A DNA stretch of 64,000 bases from a virus (IMGVR_UViG_3300032007_000006:185360-249359); one strand, 5' to 3'. Positions 37,278 through 46,958 are shown, counted from the first letter of the stretch. Numbers and translations: made by a program. The notes: generated by a model not told the origin, from the letters alone.

Positions 37278-37751
37278 ATGGAAGCGCAGCTTGTTGCAGT
37301 GGATTCTGAAGGAAACATCCAGGATGCCTATGTGCTTGACGTTTCATGGAGAAGCATCAAGGAATCATTTCTTAGTCCAAGAGGAAGGGAAATGATGGCA
37401 AATGAATTGATTGATGAAAGAATAGACAGAACTCCCATGCCTCTGAATGCAGAAATGAAGATTGCATTGGCGGCTTACAAGGCCTCAATGCTCACAAACG
37501 AGACGAAATGGAGTCGAACGCAGAAAGTTGAAGCAATGAAATGGATGGCCAGAGAATGGAATCCTTCCCTAAAATGGAAGGATTTCTGTGATGAAGCTAA
37601 AATGAAGTTCAAAATCATCCCTTGTGGAGCATTGGATGAATACAACTGGTTCTCATGCTGTCTTTTTTTGAAGCAGCTGCTTGACTTTGCATTAAGAAAT
37701 CAAGATTTGAAATGTGTAGTTGCTCCAGTTGCTCCATTGGAAAATGAATAA
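37278..37751 (+). CDS. Hypothetical protein (157 aa)
   Basis: ORF only. Confidence 0.45.
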   Translation: MEAQLVAVDSEGNIQDAYVLDVSWRSIKESFLSPRGREMMANELIDERIDRTPMPLNAEMKIALAAYKASMLTNETKWSRTQKVEAMKWMAREWNPSLKWKDFCDEAKMKFKIIPCGALDEYNWFSCCLFLKQLLDFALRNQDLKCVVAPVAPLENE

Positions 37752-37781
37752 AAACGGGGAGGGCTTTTGCCCTCCCTTTTA
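37751..37781. terminator. Bidirectional rho-independent terminator (aaaaacggggagggcttttgccctccctttt)
   Basis: 9-bp GC stem flanked by A- and T-runs, between convergent genes. Confidence 0.7.
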
Positions 37782-37782
37782 T

Positions 37783-38514
37783 CTATTTCCAGCAGTGTGC
37801 AAATGGATGATGTGGATATTCCACCGTCTTTCTGTCTTCTCTGGCCTGAAGTCTTTGGTTTTTTGAAAACATGAATGATGGATATTCAAAGGGAATGTGA
37901 AGATCCTGTGATAGATAGTCCACTTTATAGGAGTAGTATGTCAATGTAGAGGTCCAAATGATTGGTTCGGCTGATTGGCTTTCAAATGGAACAGTGTCTA
38001 TGGATGTTGGAAGAACCGAATGAAACATCATTCTGATGATTGGAACTTTGGCATTGTTGAGAATGACCAGCATCATTCTGGTGTAGCAGTCTTCATTGTA
38101 GAATCTGTATTGATTCTCAAACATCCATTTGTATAAGGTGAAGTATGAGGTGAAATTTTCATCCATTATGAATGAAAGCATCAAGTCTTCATAGGTCATT
38201 GAATGGGCAAAGACTGGAAGCTTGTCTGCTCCCTGTGGACGTTCAATGTTGATGTTCTTGGCCGTGACACCAGGAAGATTGAACTTCTGGAGAAAGTAGA
38301 CTATGTTGGGAATGTTCTCAAAGACGCAGTAGAAGTTGGAAATTGAAGCGGCCGAGATGTCCATAATGTCATTCTCGCTCAACCATGAAGTGTCTTCTTC
38401 TGTTGCGGCGCATTCCACATTTCCTTCACACATTTTTGGCTCCACATATGAAGGAGCCATCAGTCGTCCCTTTCCTTTCTTCTTTCCGAACTGTATTTGA
38501 TTTTTTGGAGCCAT
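37783..38514 (-). CDS. Hypothetical protein (243 aa), probably structural
   Basis: ORF only; alternative start MAPSYVEPKM. Confidence 0.4.
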   Translation of the reverse strand: MAPKNQIQFGKKKGKGRLMAPSYVEPKMCEGNVECAATEEDTSWLSENDIMDISAASISNFYCVFENIPNIVYFLQKFNLPGVTAKNINIERPQGADKLPVFAHSMTYEDLMLSFIMDENFTSYFTLYKWMFENQYRFYNEDCYTRMMLVILNNAKVPIIRMMFHSVLPTSIDTVPFESQSAEPIIWTSTLTYYSYKVDYLSQDLHIPFEYPSFMFSKNQRLQAREDRKTVEYPHHPFAHCWK

Positions 38515-38525
38515 GGCTTTATATT

Positions 38526-38554
38526 GAAAAGGGAGGGCAGTTTCTGCCCTCCCA
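38526..38554 (-). terminator. Rho-independent terminator (gggagggcag..ctgccctccc)
   Basis: 10-bp stem, T-run on the minus strand. Confidence 0.6.
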
Positions 38555-38585
38555 ATGTCATTTCTATGCTATTTACGCCGCAATA

Positions 38586-39800
38586 CTATTCAGCAGGAAT
38601 GGATGCTTTTTGAACGGTAGGAGCTGCAGCGTATTCAACATTGAGAGTTGGATATTTGGCGGCATCATATGCTACAAGGCCACCCTTGTCGCGGTAGACA
38701 TAGCAGAGCTGAGTGCCGATGCCAGTCTGGCAGTAGTCTGCGGCAGTCTCGCCTTCAGCAAACTGAATTGGTCCCTTTGGTCCACGGCAATTCTTGATGT
38801 TGATCTTGATTTTTGCAGGAGCAAAGAGATTGTTGGTGTCGGCTTCGGCTGCACTCTTTGAAGTGTAGTCCTGGCAGATGCAGAGGCCAGCCCAGTCATT
38901 CTTGGACTCGGCAGTGGCAGTCTCGCCTTCCCAATGCTCAATCACGCAGTTCTCGAAGTTAATGGTGACGTTGGTGGCATTGGTGATGTTGGAAAGACGA
39001 AGTACATTTGACACAGTGTCGAACCAGCAGTTCTTCACGGTGATGACGGAATTGTTGGCGCATCCATAAACATTGATGGCATTGTTGGTGAACTTGCCAA
39101 GAAGCTGGCAGTTTTCAAACACAATGTTCTTGGTGTCGGTTCCGCCCCAAACTTCAAGGCCATTGTAGAGATAGTTGACGCCAACCAGATTGTTAGCATC
39201 GGCTCTATTGGCATACACTTTGACGTCCTTCATGGCAACAGACTTTGGATTGCATCCATAAACCTTCAGTGCACTGTTGCTGCTGTTGTTGACTTTTGCA
39301 ATGCTTCCATCGCGGTTGTCAAGAACGACGCCTTCGGCAACGATTGGACCATCTGACTTGAGAGTGACAGCGACCTTGTCTGAAATATTGGCATCATAAA
39401 GGGAAATGCTCTTGCCGGTGACAGTCTGAGCGGAAGCGGCAGGAATCTGCACTTCCTGGCCATCTACAATCTGCGTTGTGGTGGCTTTGGATTCAAATGT
39501 GCCACCAATGACGACAGTTGGCTTCTCAACGTCCGTATTGATATCAAGAGCGGCGCCATTGTAGGATGGCTCAAGGCCTTTGCCTTCATCAAGAGTCTGA
39601 AGCATGGCGCAGGCGCCTGCTCCAGTAAGCACATACTCATTGCCATCAATGGTTGCTGAGGTGGATTTTACGTTGCCAAGCATTTTGGCGAACTTTTTGG
39701 AAATGGTTTTGGAGAGACCAAGATCGTCAACAGGAAGAACGTTGTTTTCCTGGCCAATATTGGCAACGAAGTTTTCAACTAAAGTGGTATTAAGTGCCAT
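38586..39800 (-). CDS. Right-handed parallel beta-helix (pectate-lyase-like) protein (404 aa); putative tail spike, depolymerase or fibre component
   Basis: Periodic N..NV.G/NC repeats (VYGCNPKSV..., NAINVYGCANNSVITVKNCWFDTVSNV, NVTINFENCVIEH). Confidence 0.5.
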   Translation of the reverse strand: MALNTTLVENFVANIGQENNVLPVDDLGLSKTISKKFAKMLGNVKSTSATIDGNEYVLTGAGACAMLQTLDEGKGLEPSYNGAALDINTDVEKPTVVIGGTFESKATTTQIVDGQEVQIPAASAQTVTGKSISLYDANISDKVAVTLKSDGPIVAEGVVLDNRDGSIAKVNNSSNSALKVYGCNPKSVAMKDVKVYANRADANNLVGVNYLYNGLEVWGGTDTKNIVFENCQLLGKFTNNAINVYGCANNSVITVKNCWFDTVSNVLRLSNITNATNVTINFENCVIEHWEGETATAESKNDWAGLCICQDYTSKSAAEADTNNLFAPAKIKINIKNCRGPKGPIQFAEGETAADYCQTGIGTQLCYVYRDKGGLVAYDAAKYPTLNVEYAAAPTVQKASIPAE

Positions 39801-39846
39801 TTTGCAAAATAGATGATTTGTTATATTTAGTTTTTGTCTGTTTGTT

Positions 39847-39855
39847 TTGTAAATA
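39847..39855 (+). promoter_or_regulatory. TTGTAAATA late-promoter-like motif 21 nt upstream of the 39877 ATG
   Basis: Recurring motif. Confidence 0.35.
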
Positions 39856-39876
39856 ATTTCATTCTTCTGCTGTTCA

Positions 39877-40734
39877 ATGAGTGACGTTTATGTATCCAAG
39901 TATCTAAGAACAGATATACCAGCTTCCAGAAGAAAACCAAAAACGCCTGAAGTGTATGATCCGCATGCGTCAAGGTGTCTTCGTGGACTTAATCCATATC
40001 TTTCCTTTAATAATGAGAATTATGACACTTCAAATGAACAGGAAATAGTCAAGCGGCTCCAGGAAGAGCAAATTCAGATGTTTGGCTACAAAGGCCTTTA
40101 CATTCTTAAAGGACATAATACAGTAGACAAATTGTTTGGAGAAGACATTGGTGCATCATATGACTACTGCTTTCCTATTGAGTTCTTTCCTGAGGATGGT
40201 GATGGTCCAGAAAATTCCTGGGCTGTTGAGATGTATGGATTCTCACAGCTTGATACAATTGCAATACATATTGCCTACGACAGACTGAATGAAGAGATTG
40301 CAAGACTTGGCGACAAGGACAGAAAATTTCCTCTTCCAGGAGATCTGTTTAGATATAATTTGACAAAGCAGCTTTTTGAAATTAAATGGGTTTCTGGAAG
40401 ACTTCACAAGTTTATGAAGGGATGTCCAACAATGTACAAGATTGAAATGCAGCTCTTCAATGTAGGTCAGGAAACGTTCAATACTGGAAATGAAGATATT
40501 GACTTTCTCAATACATTCAATCAAACATATCAATATCCCAATGGAGACAATGAAGAAATTAGAAAGGAATCCGCTGAACTGGCACAACCAGAACCAAATA
40601 TATGGAATCTCAATCTTCAAAATCCTGTTTCATATGAACCAGAACTTGAACCAAGACATTCAAAAAAGATTGAACGTCTTGAACCACAAAAAAGACGCAT
40701 AGGAAATAAAATTCGTTTTGAAAAAGTAAAATAA
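39877..40734 (+). CDS. Hypothetical protein (285 aa), probably virion-associated
   Basis: ORF in a late-type context. Confidence 0.45.
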   Translation: MSDVYVSKYLRTDIPASRRKPKTPEVYDPHASRCLRGLNPYLSFNNENYDTSNEQEIVKRLQEEQIQMFGYKGLYILKGHNTVDKLFGEDIGASYDYCFPIEFFPEDGDGPENSWAVEMYGFSQLDTIAIHIAYDRLNEEIARLGDKDRKFPLPGDLFRYNLTKQLFEIKWVSGRLHKFMKGCPTMYKIEMQLFNVGQETFNTGNEDIDFLNTFNQTYQYPNGDNEEIRKESAELAQPEPNIWNLNLQNPVSYEPELEPRHSKKIERLEPQKRRIGNKIRFEKVK

Positions 40735-40756
40735 ATATTTCTAGAGGCTAAGTGCA

Positions 40757-41143
40757 ATGAAATCATTTTTAGAATACTGCTACGACAAAAAGATGGAGTC
40801 AAATGTTGGATCAATTAAGGAAGAGGCCGACTTTGGCGAAATCAATATAGGTGGATTCATTGAACCAGTAATGAGGAAGATGGCTTCTCTCATTGGCGAT
40901 GAAGGACTGCAGGCTGTCATAGACGTTGTGAGTGGATATGGAAATGAATCGCCTGCCGACTATAAAACGGCTAAGAAAGATCTTATGAAGGCTCTCTGGA
41001 GTTCTGACATTCCAGATGACTGCAGCTGGGCCGAAAAGCAGTTTCCTTTCTGGGCTGGATGTCTTGGCAGAGCCTGCAAGGAGAATGATCCTTCAATTCT
41101 GGCCAAGGTACTTACAGATTTGCAGAAAGAGGTGAAAAAATAA
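40757..41143 (+). CDS. Putative internal (capsid-targeted) protein with N-terminal CTS-like MKSFLEY (128 aa)
   Basis: N-terminal CTS-like peptide; AATAAATAT motif upstream. Confidence 0.45.
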   Translation: MKSFLEYCYDKKMESNVGSIKEEADFGEINIGGFIEPVMRKMASLIGDEGLQAVIDVVSGYGNESPADYKTAKKDLMKALWSSDIPDDCSWAEKQFPFWAGCLGRACKENDPSILAKVLTDLQKEVKK

Positions 41144-41634
41144 TGAAAACATTCAAGGAATATCTTCAAGAGCATGATGAATCATGTCGTATTGATGAGG
41201 GAATGTTTGACAAGCTTTTCCAGAAAGCCATGGAAAAACTGGCCATTCTCATCGGTCCAAACAGAATGGCCACTCTTGAAAAGATTCTTTCCAGATGGAA
41301 AGGAAAGGACATAGACAAGAGAACATTGAAAAATGAACTTGAGGCTTCCTTTAAGACTTTTAAGCTTGATCCTGCGGCTTCAAAGGAAATTCAATCTGAA
41401 TGCGTAGATGAAGATGAAGAGCCAGTTGATGAAAGCATTGTTGATCTGCTCATTTGCGCCAATTATGGTTTTTGGACTGCAATCATGGTAAAGGCCGCTC
41501 TTGGTCTTGGAATTCCGATTGTTCTTGGCATTATTCGTGCCGCTATTCAAGCTTCTGCTTCTGCAAAACGCAAGAAAAATGCTTTTGCTAAAGCCAAACA
41601 GGATTTGGATCAACTAAACAAGCAGCTGCGGTAA
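41143..41634 (+). CDS. Putative internal protein with N-terminal CTS MKTFKEYLQE (163 aa); C-terminal hydrophobic segment
   Basis: Near-perfect match to the T4 CTS MKTYQEFIAE. Confidence 0.5.
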   Translation: MKTFKEYLQEHDESCRIDEGMFDKLFQKAMEKLAILIGPNRMATLEKILSRWKGKDIDKRTLKNELEASFKTFKLDPAASKEIQSECVDEDEEPVDESIVDLLICANYGFWTAIMVKAALGLGIPIVLGIIRAAIQASASAKRKKNAFAKAKQDLDQLNKQLR

Positions 41635-41655
41635 AGTCTAGAAATTTTTTTGAGA

Positions 41656-41681
41656 CAGCCTCCCTTTGGGGAGGCTTTTTT
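41656..41681 (+). terminator. Rho-independent terminator (gcctccctttggggaggc plus T6)
   Basis: Stem plus TTTTTT. Confidence 0.65.
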
Positions 41682-41683
41682 AT

Positions 41684-41712
41684 TGACAGGTTTTAAATGA
41701 TGATGTAGACTC
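41684..41712 (+). promoter_or_regulatory. Sigma70-like promoter TTGACAGG-N16-TAGACT
   Basis: -35, 17-bp spacer, -10 TAGACT; upstream of the HD-hydrolase gene. Confidence 0.5.
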
Positions 41713-41735
41713 TAAAAAAATAAGAGGAGGAACTT

Positions 41736-42476
41736 ATGGCTAGAAGAAAGAAAAAGACTGAAGAATCTATAGAGGAAAATCTTGAGCAGAGTCAAGATGC
41801 TGTTCTTTCTGTAGAAAAGGAAGAACCCAAGGAAGAACCCAAGGAAGAACCCAAGGAAGAACCCAAGGAAGAATCCAAGGAAGAATCCAAGGAAGAACCC
41901 AAGGAAGAACCCAAGGAAGAACAAAAAAAGTCTGCAAGAAAAAATCCAGAGACCATAAAGAATGAGCTTATGGAAGAATATGCCGATGCCATTGAGTGGA
42001 TGACAACTTTGCATGAAGGAGATGTAGACAAGATTGGCGTTCCATACTGGACGCATCCGATGGCCGTTGCCATTCGTGTCAAGTCACTAGCCAAGCAGGC
42101 AGGCGTGAATGTCAAGCTGGCCGTTGTTTCAGCCCTTCTGCATGATGTTGTTGAAGATGGCCATGCTTCTATCAAAGAAGTTGAAGCTAGATACGGAAAG
42201 GACGTGGCCAAGGTTGTCGGCATCTTGACAAGAGACCCAAAGTTGAGCTATATGGAGTATATCAAGGAGATTGTGGCTTCGGCAAGCAAGTCGGCCATGA
42301 TAGTCAAGTATGCAGATTTGCTTCATAATACTAGTCCTAGGCGTTTAGCCAATCTTTCTACACAAGATCGTGCCCGCTTGACAAAAAAGTATGAACCAGC
42401 AAAGAGAATACTTGAAAATGCATTTCCATTGCTGAAGTCTCTTGTTTTAAAGCCTTTAAAGAGAAAACAGTCTTAA
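41736..42476 (+). CDS. SpoT/RelA-type HD-domain (p)ppGpp hydrolase (small alarmone hydrolase-like) with an N-terminal KEEP tandem repeat, 246 aa
   Basis: VPYWTHPMAVAIRV ... ALLHDVVEDG matches the SpoT hydrolase HD signature (H...HD.VED); AAGAGGAGG SD. Confidence 0.7.
   Translation: MARRKKKTEESIEENLEQSQDAVLSVEKEEPKEEPKEEPKEEPKEESKEESKEEPKEEPKEEQKKSARKNPETIKNELMEEYADAIEWMTTLHEGDVDKIGVPYWTHPMAVAIRVKSLAKQAGVNVKLAVVSALLHDVVEDGHASIKEVEARYGKDVAKVVGILTRDPKLSYMEYIKEIVASASKSAMIVKYADLLHNTSPRRLANLSTQDRARLTKKYEPAKRILENAFPLLKSLVLKPLKRKQS
41817..41924 (+). repeat. 12-bp tandem repeat x9 (aaggaagaaccc) encoding (KEEP)9
   Basis: Nine near-perfect copies, two with c->t (KEES). Confidence 0.8.
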
Positions 42477-42501
42477 ACCCACAAGTAAAAGGATGCATTC
42501 T

Positions 42502-43551
42502 ATGTTCAGAATGGTTGAGACAGACAAGGCAAAGGCCGTATTTTCTGATGAATTCAACTCCATTTTTGACAAAAAAAGTGGAGAGACGGCCTACTGGGGA
42601 TGCAATTTAGAGAATGATCCTGAGTGCGCCCCATTTCCCATGATTCTTGACATGGAAATAACGACTTCATGCTATGGAATTGGAACTGTCCATGGCAGGA
42701 AGAAGGATGCCGCTCTGAAGTCCAATCCGTGTCCATTTTGCTACAAGGCCAATCATCCAGAAGGGAAGTCCATGTCTCTGGACATGGCTAGAAACATTCT
42801 GGACAAGCTTCCCAAAGGACTAACGCAGATTGCCTATGGTGCAGACGCTTCCCTTGTTGGCAATCCAGAATGGTACAGCATATTCAGTCTCTCCAGAAAG
42901 ATGGGATTCATTCCTAATGTCACTGTTGCCGACATTTCTGATGAAACTGCGGAGAAGCTGGCTTCAGTCTGTGGTGCTGTGGCTGTTTCCTGGTATGGAG
43001 ACAAGGAATGCTGCTTTGGCTCTGTTGAGGCACTTCACAGATATGGACTAAAGCATGTCAATATTCACTGCATGCTGTCCAAGGAGACGCTTGCAAGGAC
43101 GTTTGAAGTCATTGACTGCATTGCAACGGATCCACGTCTCAAGGATCTTTATGCCATTGTCTTTCTTTCCTTGAAAAGAAAAGGAAGGGGAGAGCGTTTT
43201 CACAGGCTTTCCAGCGAAGAGTTCAATCAGGTTGTAGAGAAGTGCAGGAAACTTGGCATTTCCTTCGGATTTGACTCCTGCTCTGCATCCAAGTATCTGT
43301 CCTATGCCAAGGACAATGGTCTTGAATGGACTGAGTCCTACTGCGACATGTGCGAATCTGGCAGGATGTCCTACTACATCAACGTAGACGGAATGGGCTA
43401 TCCCTGCTCTTTCTCCGAAGGAATCATAAAGCCGATTGACGTGTGCAAGGCCAGATTTTTCATTGATGACGTATGGAATCATCCAATCACCCAGTGCTTC
43501 AGGGAACTGTCGTTGATGAATGGATGCAGATGCACCCTCTACAATGTTTAG
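42502..43551 (+). CDS. Cys-rich protein (349 aa), possible Fe-S / radical-SAM-like enzyme; unassigned
   Basis: More than 20 Cys including TSCYGIG...NPCPFCY and YCDMCESG; no canonical CxxxCxxC. Confidence 0.45.
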   Translation: MFRMVETDKAKAVFSDEFNSIFDKKSGETAYWGCNLENDPECAPFPMILDMEITTSCYGIGTVHGRKKDAALKSNPCPFCYKANHPEGKSMSLDMARNILDKLPKGLTQIAYGADASLVGNPEWYSIFSLSRKMGFIPNVTVADISDETAEKLASVCGAVAVSWYGDKECCFGSVEALHRYGLKHVNIHCMLSKETLARTFEVIDCIATDPRLKDLYAIVFLSLKRKGRGERFHRLSSEEFNQVVEKCRKLGISFGFDSCSASKYLSYAKDNGLEWTESYCDMCESGRMSYYINVDGMGYPCSFSEGIIKPIDVCKARFFIDDVWNHPITQCFRELSLMNGCRCTLYNV

Positions 43552-43591
43552 AAGGTCATTTTCGTGTAAATACCTATAGGAGAAATGCACC

Positions 43592-43939
43592 ATGAGCAAA
43601 ACTATTGATGCTTTGAAAACAGCCATTGACTCTATGGCCAAAATCATTGATGACTTGAAGTCTGAAAATGAAAGGCTGAAAAATGAGAACATGTGGCTGA
43701 AAGGCAAGGTGGAGATGTATGAATTGAAGGAGAAGGGGCGTCAGACTCCATACAGTCCTACATTTCCAACACTGCCGTCAGTGCCTACATGGCCCTCCAT
43801 TCCTCCGTGGAACAAAGAGCCAATCATAACATGGACCGACAACCATGTCGAGCCATCTTCCACTTTCAGAAAGAGTTCCTCCAGCATTGAATTGGGCCAG
43901 GCACAAGAGAACATCAAAGTCTCGTGCTGCATTCAATAA
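43592..43939 (+). CDS. Coiled-coil / Pro-rich protein (115 aa)
   Basis: AGGAG SD; heptad repeats then a PTFPTLPSVPTWPSIPPW segment. Confidence 0.45.
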   Translation: MSKTIDALKTAIDSMAKIIDDLKSENERLKNENMWLKGKVEMYELKEKGRQTPYSPTFPTLPSVPTWPSIPPWNKEPIITWTDNHVEPSSTFRKSSSSIELGQAQENIKVSCCIQ

Positions 43940-43949
43940 TGGAGTATAG

Positions 43950-44582
43950 ATGGATAATCTTTCAACCGATAATTTTGAAGCAGGAAAGACTGTTGAGAAG
44001 CCTAAACGCTGCATAAAGTGTCTTTCCTGGATTCTATTGATTGTGATAGGATCATTTCTGCTCTTCTTTATTGGAGATTTCATATGCCGGAATTTCTGCG
44101 ACAGAGGAGTGGCTTTTGCGGCTTCGACAAACGATGTTGCTGGAGTTCACAATGTCATGGATCATGCCTATCCAAAGCTGTCTGATGCAAAGCGTCAAAA
44201 GTATCTGGACAGCATTCTCAAATGGTCCAGGGAATATGATCTCTGTCCAGTAACTGTAGCGTCAATTATCTGGAAGGAAAGCAAATTCAATGAAAAATGC
44301 CGATATCAGGGAGCAATTGGTCCAATGCAGACTATTCCTAGATATCATAGACAGAGAATGGCCAGTGCAGGAATCAGGCACTCGGATCTTGATACCATAG
44401 ACAAGGGAGTGCAGATCGGCTGCATTGTGTTCAGGCACTATATGGACAAGTCCAGAGGAAATGTCTCAAAAGCCTTGAAATACTACAATGGATGCGTAAA
44501 TGCCAAGAATCCAAAGTATGTTCGAGACATTATTGGAATGCGAGACAAGTCCAAATCTAAAAGGACAAAAAGGAAGTCCTAA
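43950..44582 (+). CDS. Membrane-anchored lytic transglycosylase (SLT domain), 210 aa
   Basis: N-terminal TM (LSWILLIVIGSFLLFFIG); catalytic E-S plus AIGPMQT (WKESKFNEKCRYQGAIGPMQ). Confidence 0.75.
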   Translation: MDNLSTDNFEAGKTVEKPKRCIKCLSWILLIVIGSFLLFFIGDFICRNFCDRGVAFAASTNDVAGVHNVMDHAYPKLSDAKRQKYLDSILKWSREYDLCPVTVASIIWKESKFNEKCRYQGAIGPMQTIPRYHRQRMASAGIRHSDLDTIDKGVQIGCIVFRHYMDKSRGNVSKALKYYNGCVNAKNPKYVRDIIGMRDKSKSKRTKRKS

Positions 44583-44607
44583 TTTTTCATAGTCAAGGAG
44601 GTGCTTT

Positions 44608-44913
44608 ATGGCTAACGTAAAAATAATGAAGCTGGTGTCATCCGAGGAGATCATTTGTGATTTGGTTGAGGAGAAGGAAGACTGCTATGTAGTTAAAAAT
44701 CCTTTCTGCATTGCTCCAACTCTTTCTACAAATGCTGGAAAGGTTTCCGTTTTTCCCTGGAGTCTTGCAACCATGCAGTTTAGTGAAACTGAATATCCAA
44801 TAGGAAAACGATTTGTAATGCTTTTTGCTGACGCCCCAGAAAGTCTGGCCGCATCATACATTGGACAGGCCACTGGACTTTCTGTTCCGACTGGCGGACT
44901 GATTACCGGCTAA
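44608..44913 (+). CDS. Hypothetical protein (101 aa)
   Basis: AAGGAGG SD. Confidence 0.45.
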   Translation: MANVKIMKLVSSEEIICDLVEEKEDCYVVKNPFCIAPTLSTNAGKVSVFPWSLATMQFSETEYPIGKRFVMLFADAPESLAASYIGQATGLSVPTGGLITG

Positions 44914-44921
44914 AACGTGAA

Positions 44922-44946
44922 TGGGGAGCATATGCTCCCCATTTTC
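44922..44946 (+). terminator. Rho-independent terminator (tggggagcatatgctcccca plus ttttc)
   Basis: 10-bp palindromic stem. Confidence 0.65.
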
Positions 44947-45154
44947 ATGTCATTCAACTAGATTGGCTTTAGGTCCTTCTGTCCAGTCAAAATTTGGCTT
45001 TGGACTTTCTTCCTTCAGTATTGGCCGATCTGGAGTTCCAATGACCATAGTTGGAGGACATCTTCTCATGAGACAGTTTTCCTTGAGACATGTCCTGCAG
45101 TCCTTTTCACAAATGAGTTCCATAATGGCTTCTTTCCTGGTGATATTTTAATGC

Positions 45155-45183
45155 TTGACAGACATTTAAAAAATAGATAGTAT
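45155..45183 (+). promoter_or_regulatory. Sigma70-like promoter TTGACAGA-N16-TAGTAT
   Basis: -35, 17-bp spacer, -10 TAGTAT upstream of 45215. Confidence 0.5.
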
Positions 45184-45214
45184 GCATTTCTGCACAGAGT
45201 TGAGGGAGCATTGA

Positions 45215-45619
45215 ATGACTGTTGAAGAATATGAAGCCGAAGCCTTGAATGATCTTCAAATTGACGTAACAAAACTGGAAGACTGTGCCAGAATTTTAGG
45301 CCTGAAAAAGGCTAAATGGGCCAGATATCTTTATGATGAGGAATGCATCTTAGCGGAAACGGAAGAACGTCTGAATGAGATGTACCGCGACAAGTTTCAT
45401 TTTTATATGTATGAATTTGATCAGAAAATAGAGAAAAAATCCATAGAGATATACGTCAAGGGAGATCCTACATACAAGGAAGCCGAAAAAATGTACAAAA
45501 AGCAGAAGGCCAAGCTGAAGCTTGTGGAACAGGTCATTGCGGCGCTTGACAAGCAGAGTTTTTCAATGAACATTATCTTGAAGCATATGGCCTGGGAATC
45601 TGGCGCTTCTGCAACATAG
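45215..45619 (+). CDS. Hypothetical protein (134 aa)
   Basis: ORF only. Confidence 0.45.
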   Translation: MTVEEYEAEALNDLQIDVTKLEDCARILGLKKAKWARYLYDEECILAETEERLNEMYRDKFHFYMYEFDQKIEKKSIEIYVKGDPTYKEAEKMYKKQKAKLKLVEQVIAALDKQSFSMNIILKHMAWESGASAT

Positions 45620-45646
45620 GCAAATATTTTTAATATGGAATAAAAA

Positions 45647-45913
45647 ATGAATTTAATATACAGGGAATATCGCAAATGGCTTGATGGCATTGAGGCCAAC
45701 ATCAGAATGAACTTTCCTGGATGGAATGTGGAACTGCGAGAGCATCGCAAGGGAATATTTGCTCTCTACTTCGGAAATCCATTGGCTAGTCAATGTGACA
45801 GAACCTTCTATCTCAACATGGAGCAGGTAGAATTTCTTGAAACGGCCAGAGAACTTGATCTAGCCAAATTTTTTGAGGATGGCACGTTCTGTCGTCATCC
45901 ATTGGGAGCGTAG
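45647..45913 (+). CDS. Hypothetical protein (88 aa)
   Basis: ORF only. Confidence 0.4.
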   Translation: MNLIYREYRKWLDGIEANIRMNFPGWNVELREHRKGIFALYFGNPLASQCDRTFYLNMEQVEFLETARELDLAKFFEDGTFCRHPLGA

Positions 45914-45932
45914 AGTGATTGGAATCCATAAG

Positions 45933-46958
45933 ATGAATGAGTCCTATGCCAGGATGGAATATGATGAGGACAAGGAATTAAGTCTCATATACAATGCTCT
46001 GAGCTACTATCCAGAAAACTACAGGTTTATGCCAGCATTCAAGAATGGCATGTGGGATGGACAGATTCATCTTATGGATGCCTCTACTGGAGCATTTCCC
46101 CTTGGCTTGACAAGACATGTTCTCAAGACGGCCAAGGAGCTTGGCATCGAGTTCAAAGTGGACTCTGAAGTGGCCAGATGCTTTGTAGACATGGGATTCA
46201 ATGAGGCGCACTTTCAGTCATTTCTGGACGCCACAAGGTTTTTCTCTGGAGGAAAGGAGATATTCCCAAGAGACGATCAAATTGAAGCAACCAGACGCGC
46301 ACTGGAAAGCAGACGATGCATCAATCTCTGTCCCACTTCATTCGGCAAGTCGCTGTCCATTACAATGGAATGCCTCTATCTTGTTCAGCAGGGAAAGACT
46401 TGCATCATTGTCGTGCCAACAAAGGGACTTGTGGAGCAGTTTGCGAATGATATCAAGGACTATGCCACCAATGAAAAGGGAGAACTTGAGTCATGGATGC
46501 CGAAGCTTCAGTTGATATATGGTGGAAAAGACAAGGATCTCAAGGATGACACTCAAATCTGCATATCAACCTGGCAGTCTCTGTACAGCATCTGGAAAAG
46601 CGACAAGAAGTACATGAACCAGTTTGACTGCATATGCTTGGATGAGTGTTTTGATGGAGAATCGTTAGTAGCAATGGCTGATGGTTCTTGTAAAAAAATA
46701 AAAGATATTGTCGTTGGAGATAAAATCTTAAACTATTCTGAAGATAAAAAGATTTTTAAAGAAGATATTGTTGAATCTGTACATAAAAATCTGTATGTTT
46801 CAATGAAAGAAAAAATGCTTGAATTGTTGTTTGATAATGGAACTATCATTCAATGCACAGCAAATCACAAGTTTTTAACAAAAAGAGGATGGAAGCGAGC
46901 AGATGAATTAAATGGAGATGATGAAATTGTAGAGCATGTCGCACCATCGACCATATAG
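45933..46958 (+). CDS. SF2 (DExH, UvsW-like) helicase N-terminal extein fused to a split-intein N-fragment (IntN about 103 aa)
   Basis: Helicase motif I CPTSFGKS, Ia, motif II LDE then the intein CFDGESLVAMADGS (Block A) ... TANHKF (Block B), then a stop. Confidence 0.7.
   Translation: MNESYARMEYDEDKELSLIYNALSYYPENYRFMPAFKNGMWDGQIHLMDASTGAFPLGLTRHVLKTAKELGIEFKVDSEVARCFVDMGFNEAHFQSFLDATRFFSGGKEIFPRDDQIEATRRALESRRCINLCPTSFGKSLSITMECLYLVQQGKTCIIVVPTKGLVEQFANDIKDYATNEKGELESWMPKLQLIYGGKDKDLKDDTQICISTWQSLYSIWKSDKKYMNQFDCICLDECFDGESLVAMADGSCKKIKDIVVGDKILNYSEDKKIFKEDIVESVHKNLYVSMKEKMLELLFDNGTIIQCTANHKFLTKRGWKRADELNGDDEIVEHVAPSTI

Noticed and set aside
41712-42223. Two minus-strand ORFs (114 and 143 aa) with FLGFFLG repeats
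   Set aside because: They are antisense to the (KEEP)9 repeat and HD-domain gene, an artefact of the tandem repeat.
42502-43551. Radical SAM (NrdG or QueE) assignment for the Cys-rich protein
   Set aside because: There is no canonical CxxxCxxC, and the Cys spacing C-x22-C-x2-C is only loosely compatible with variant QueE. No partner queuosine genes are present in the window.
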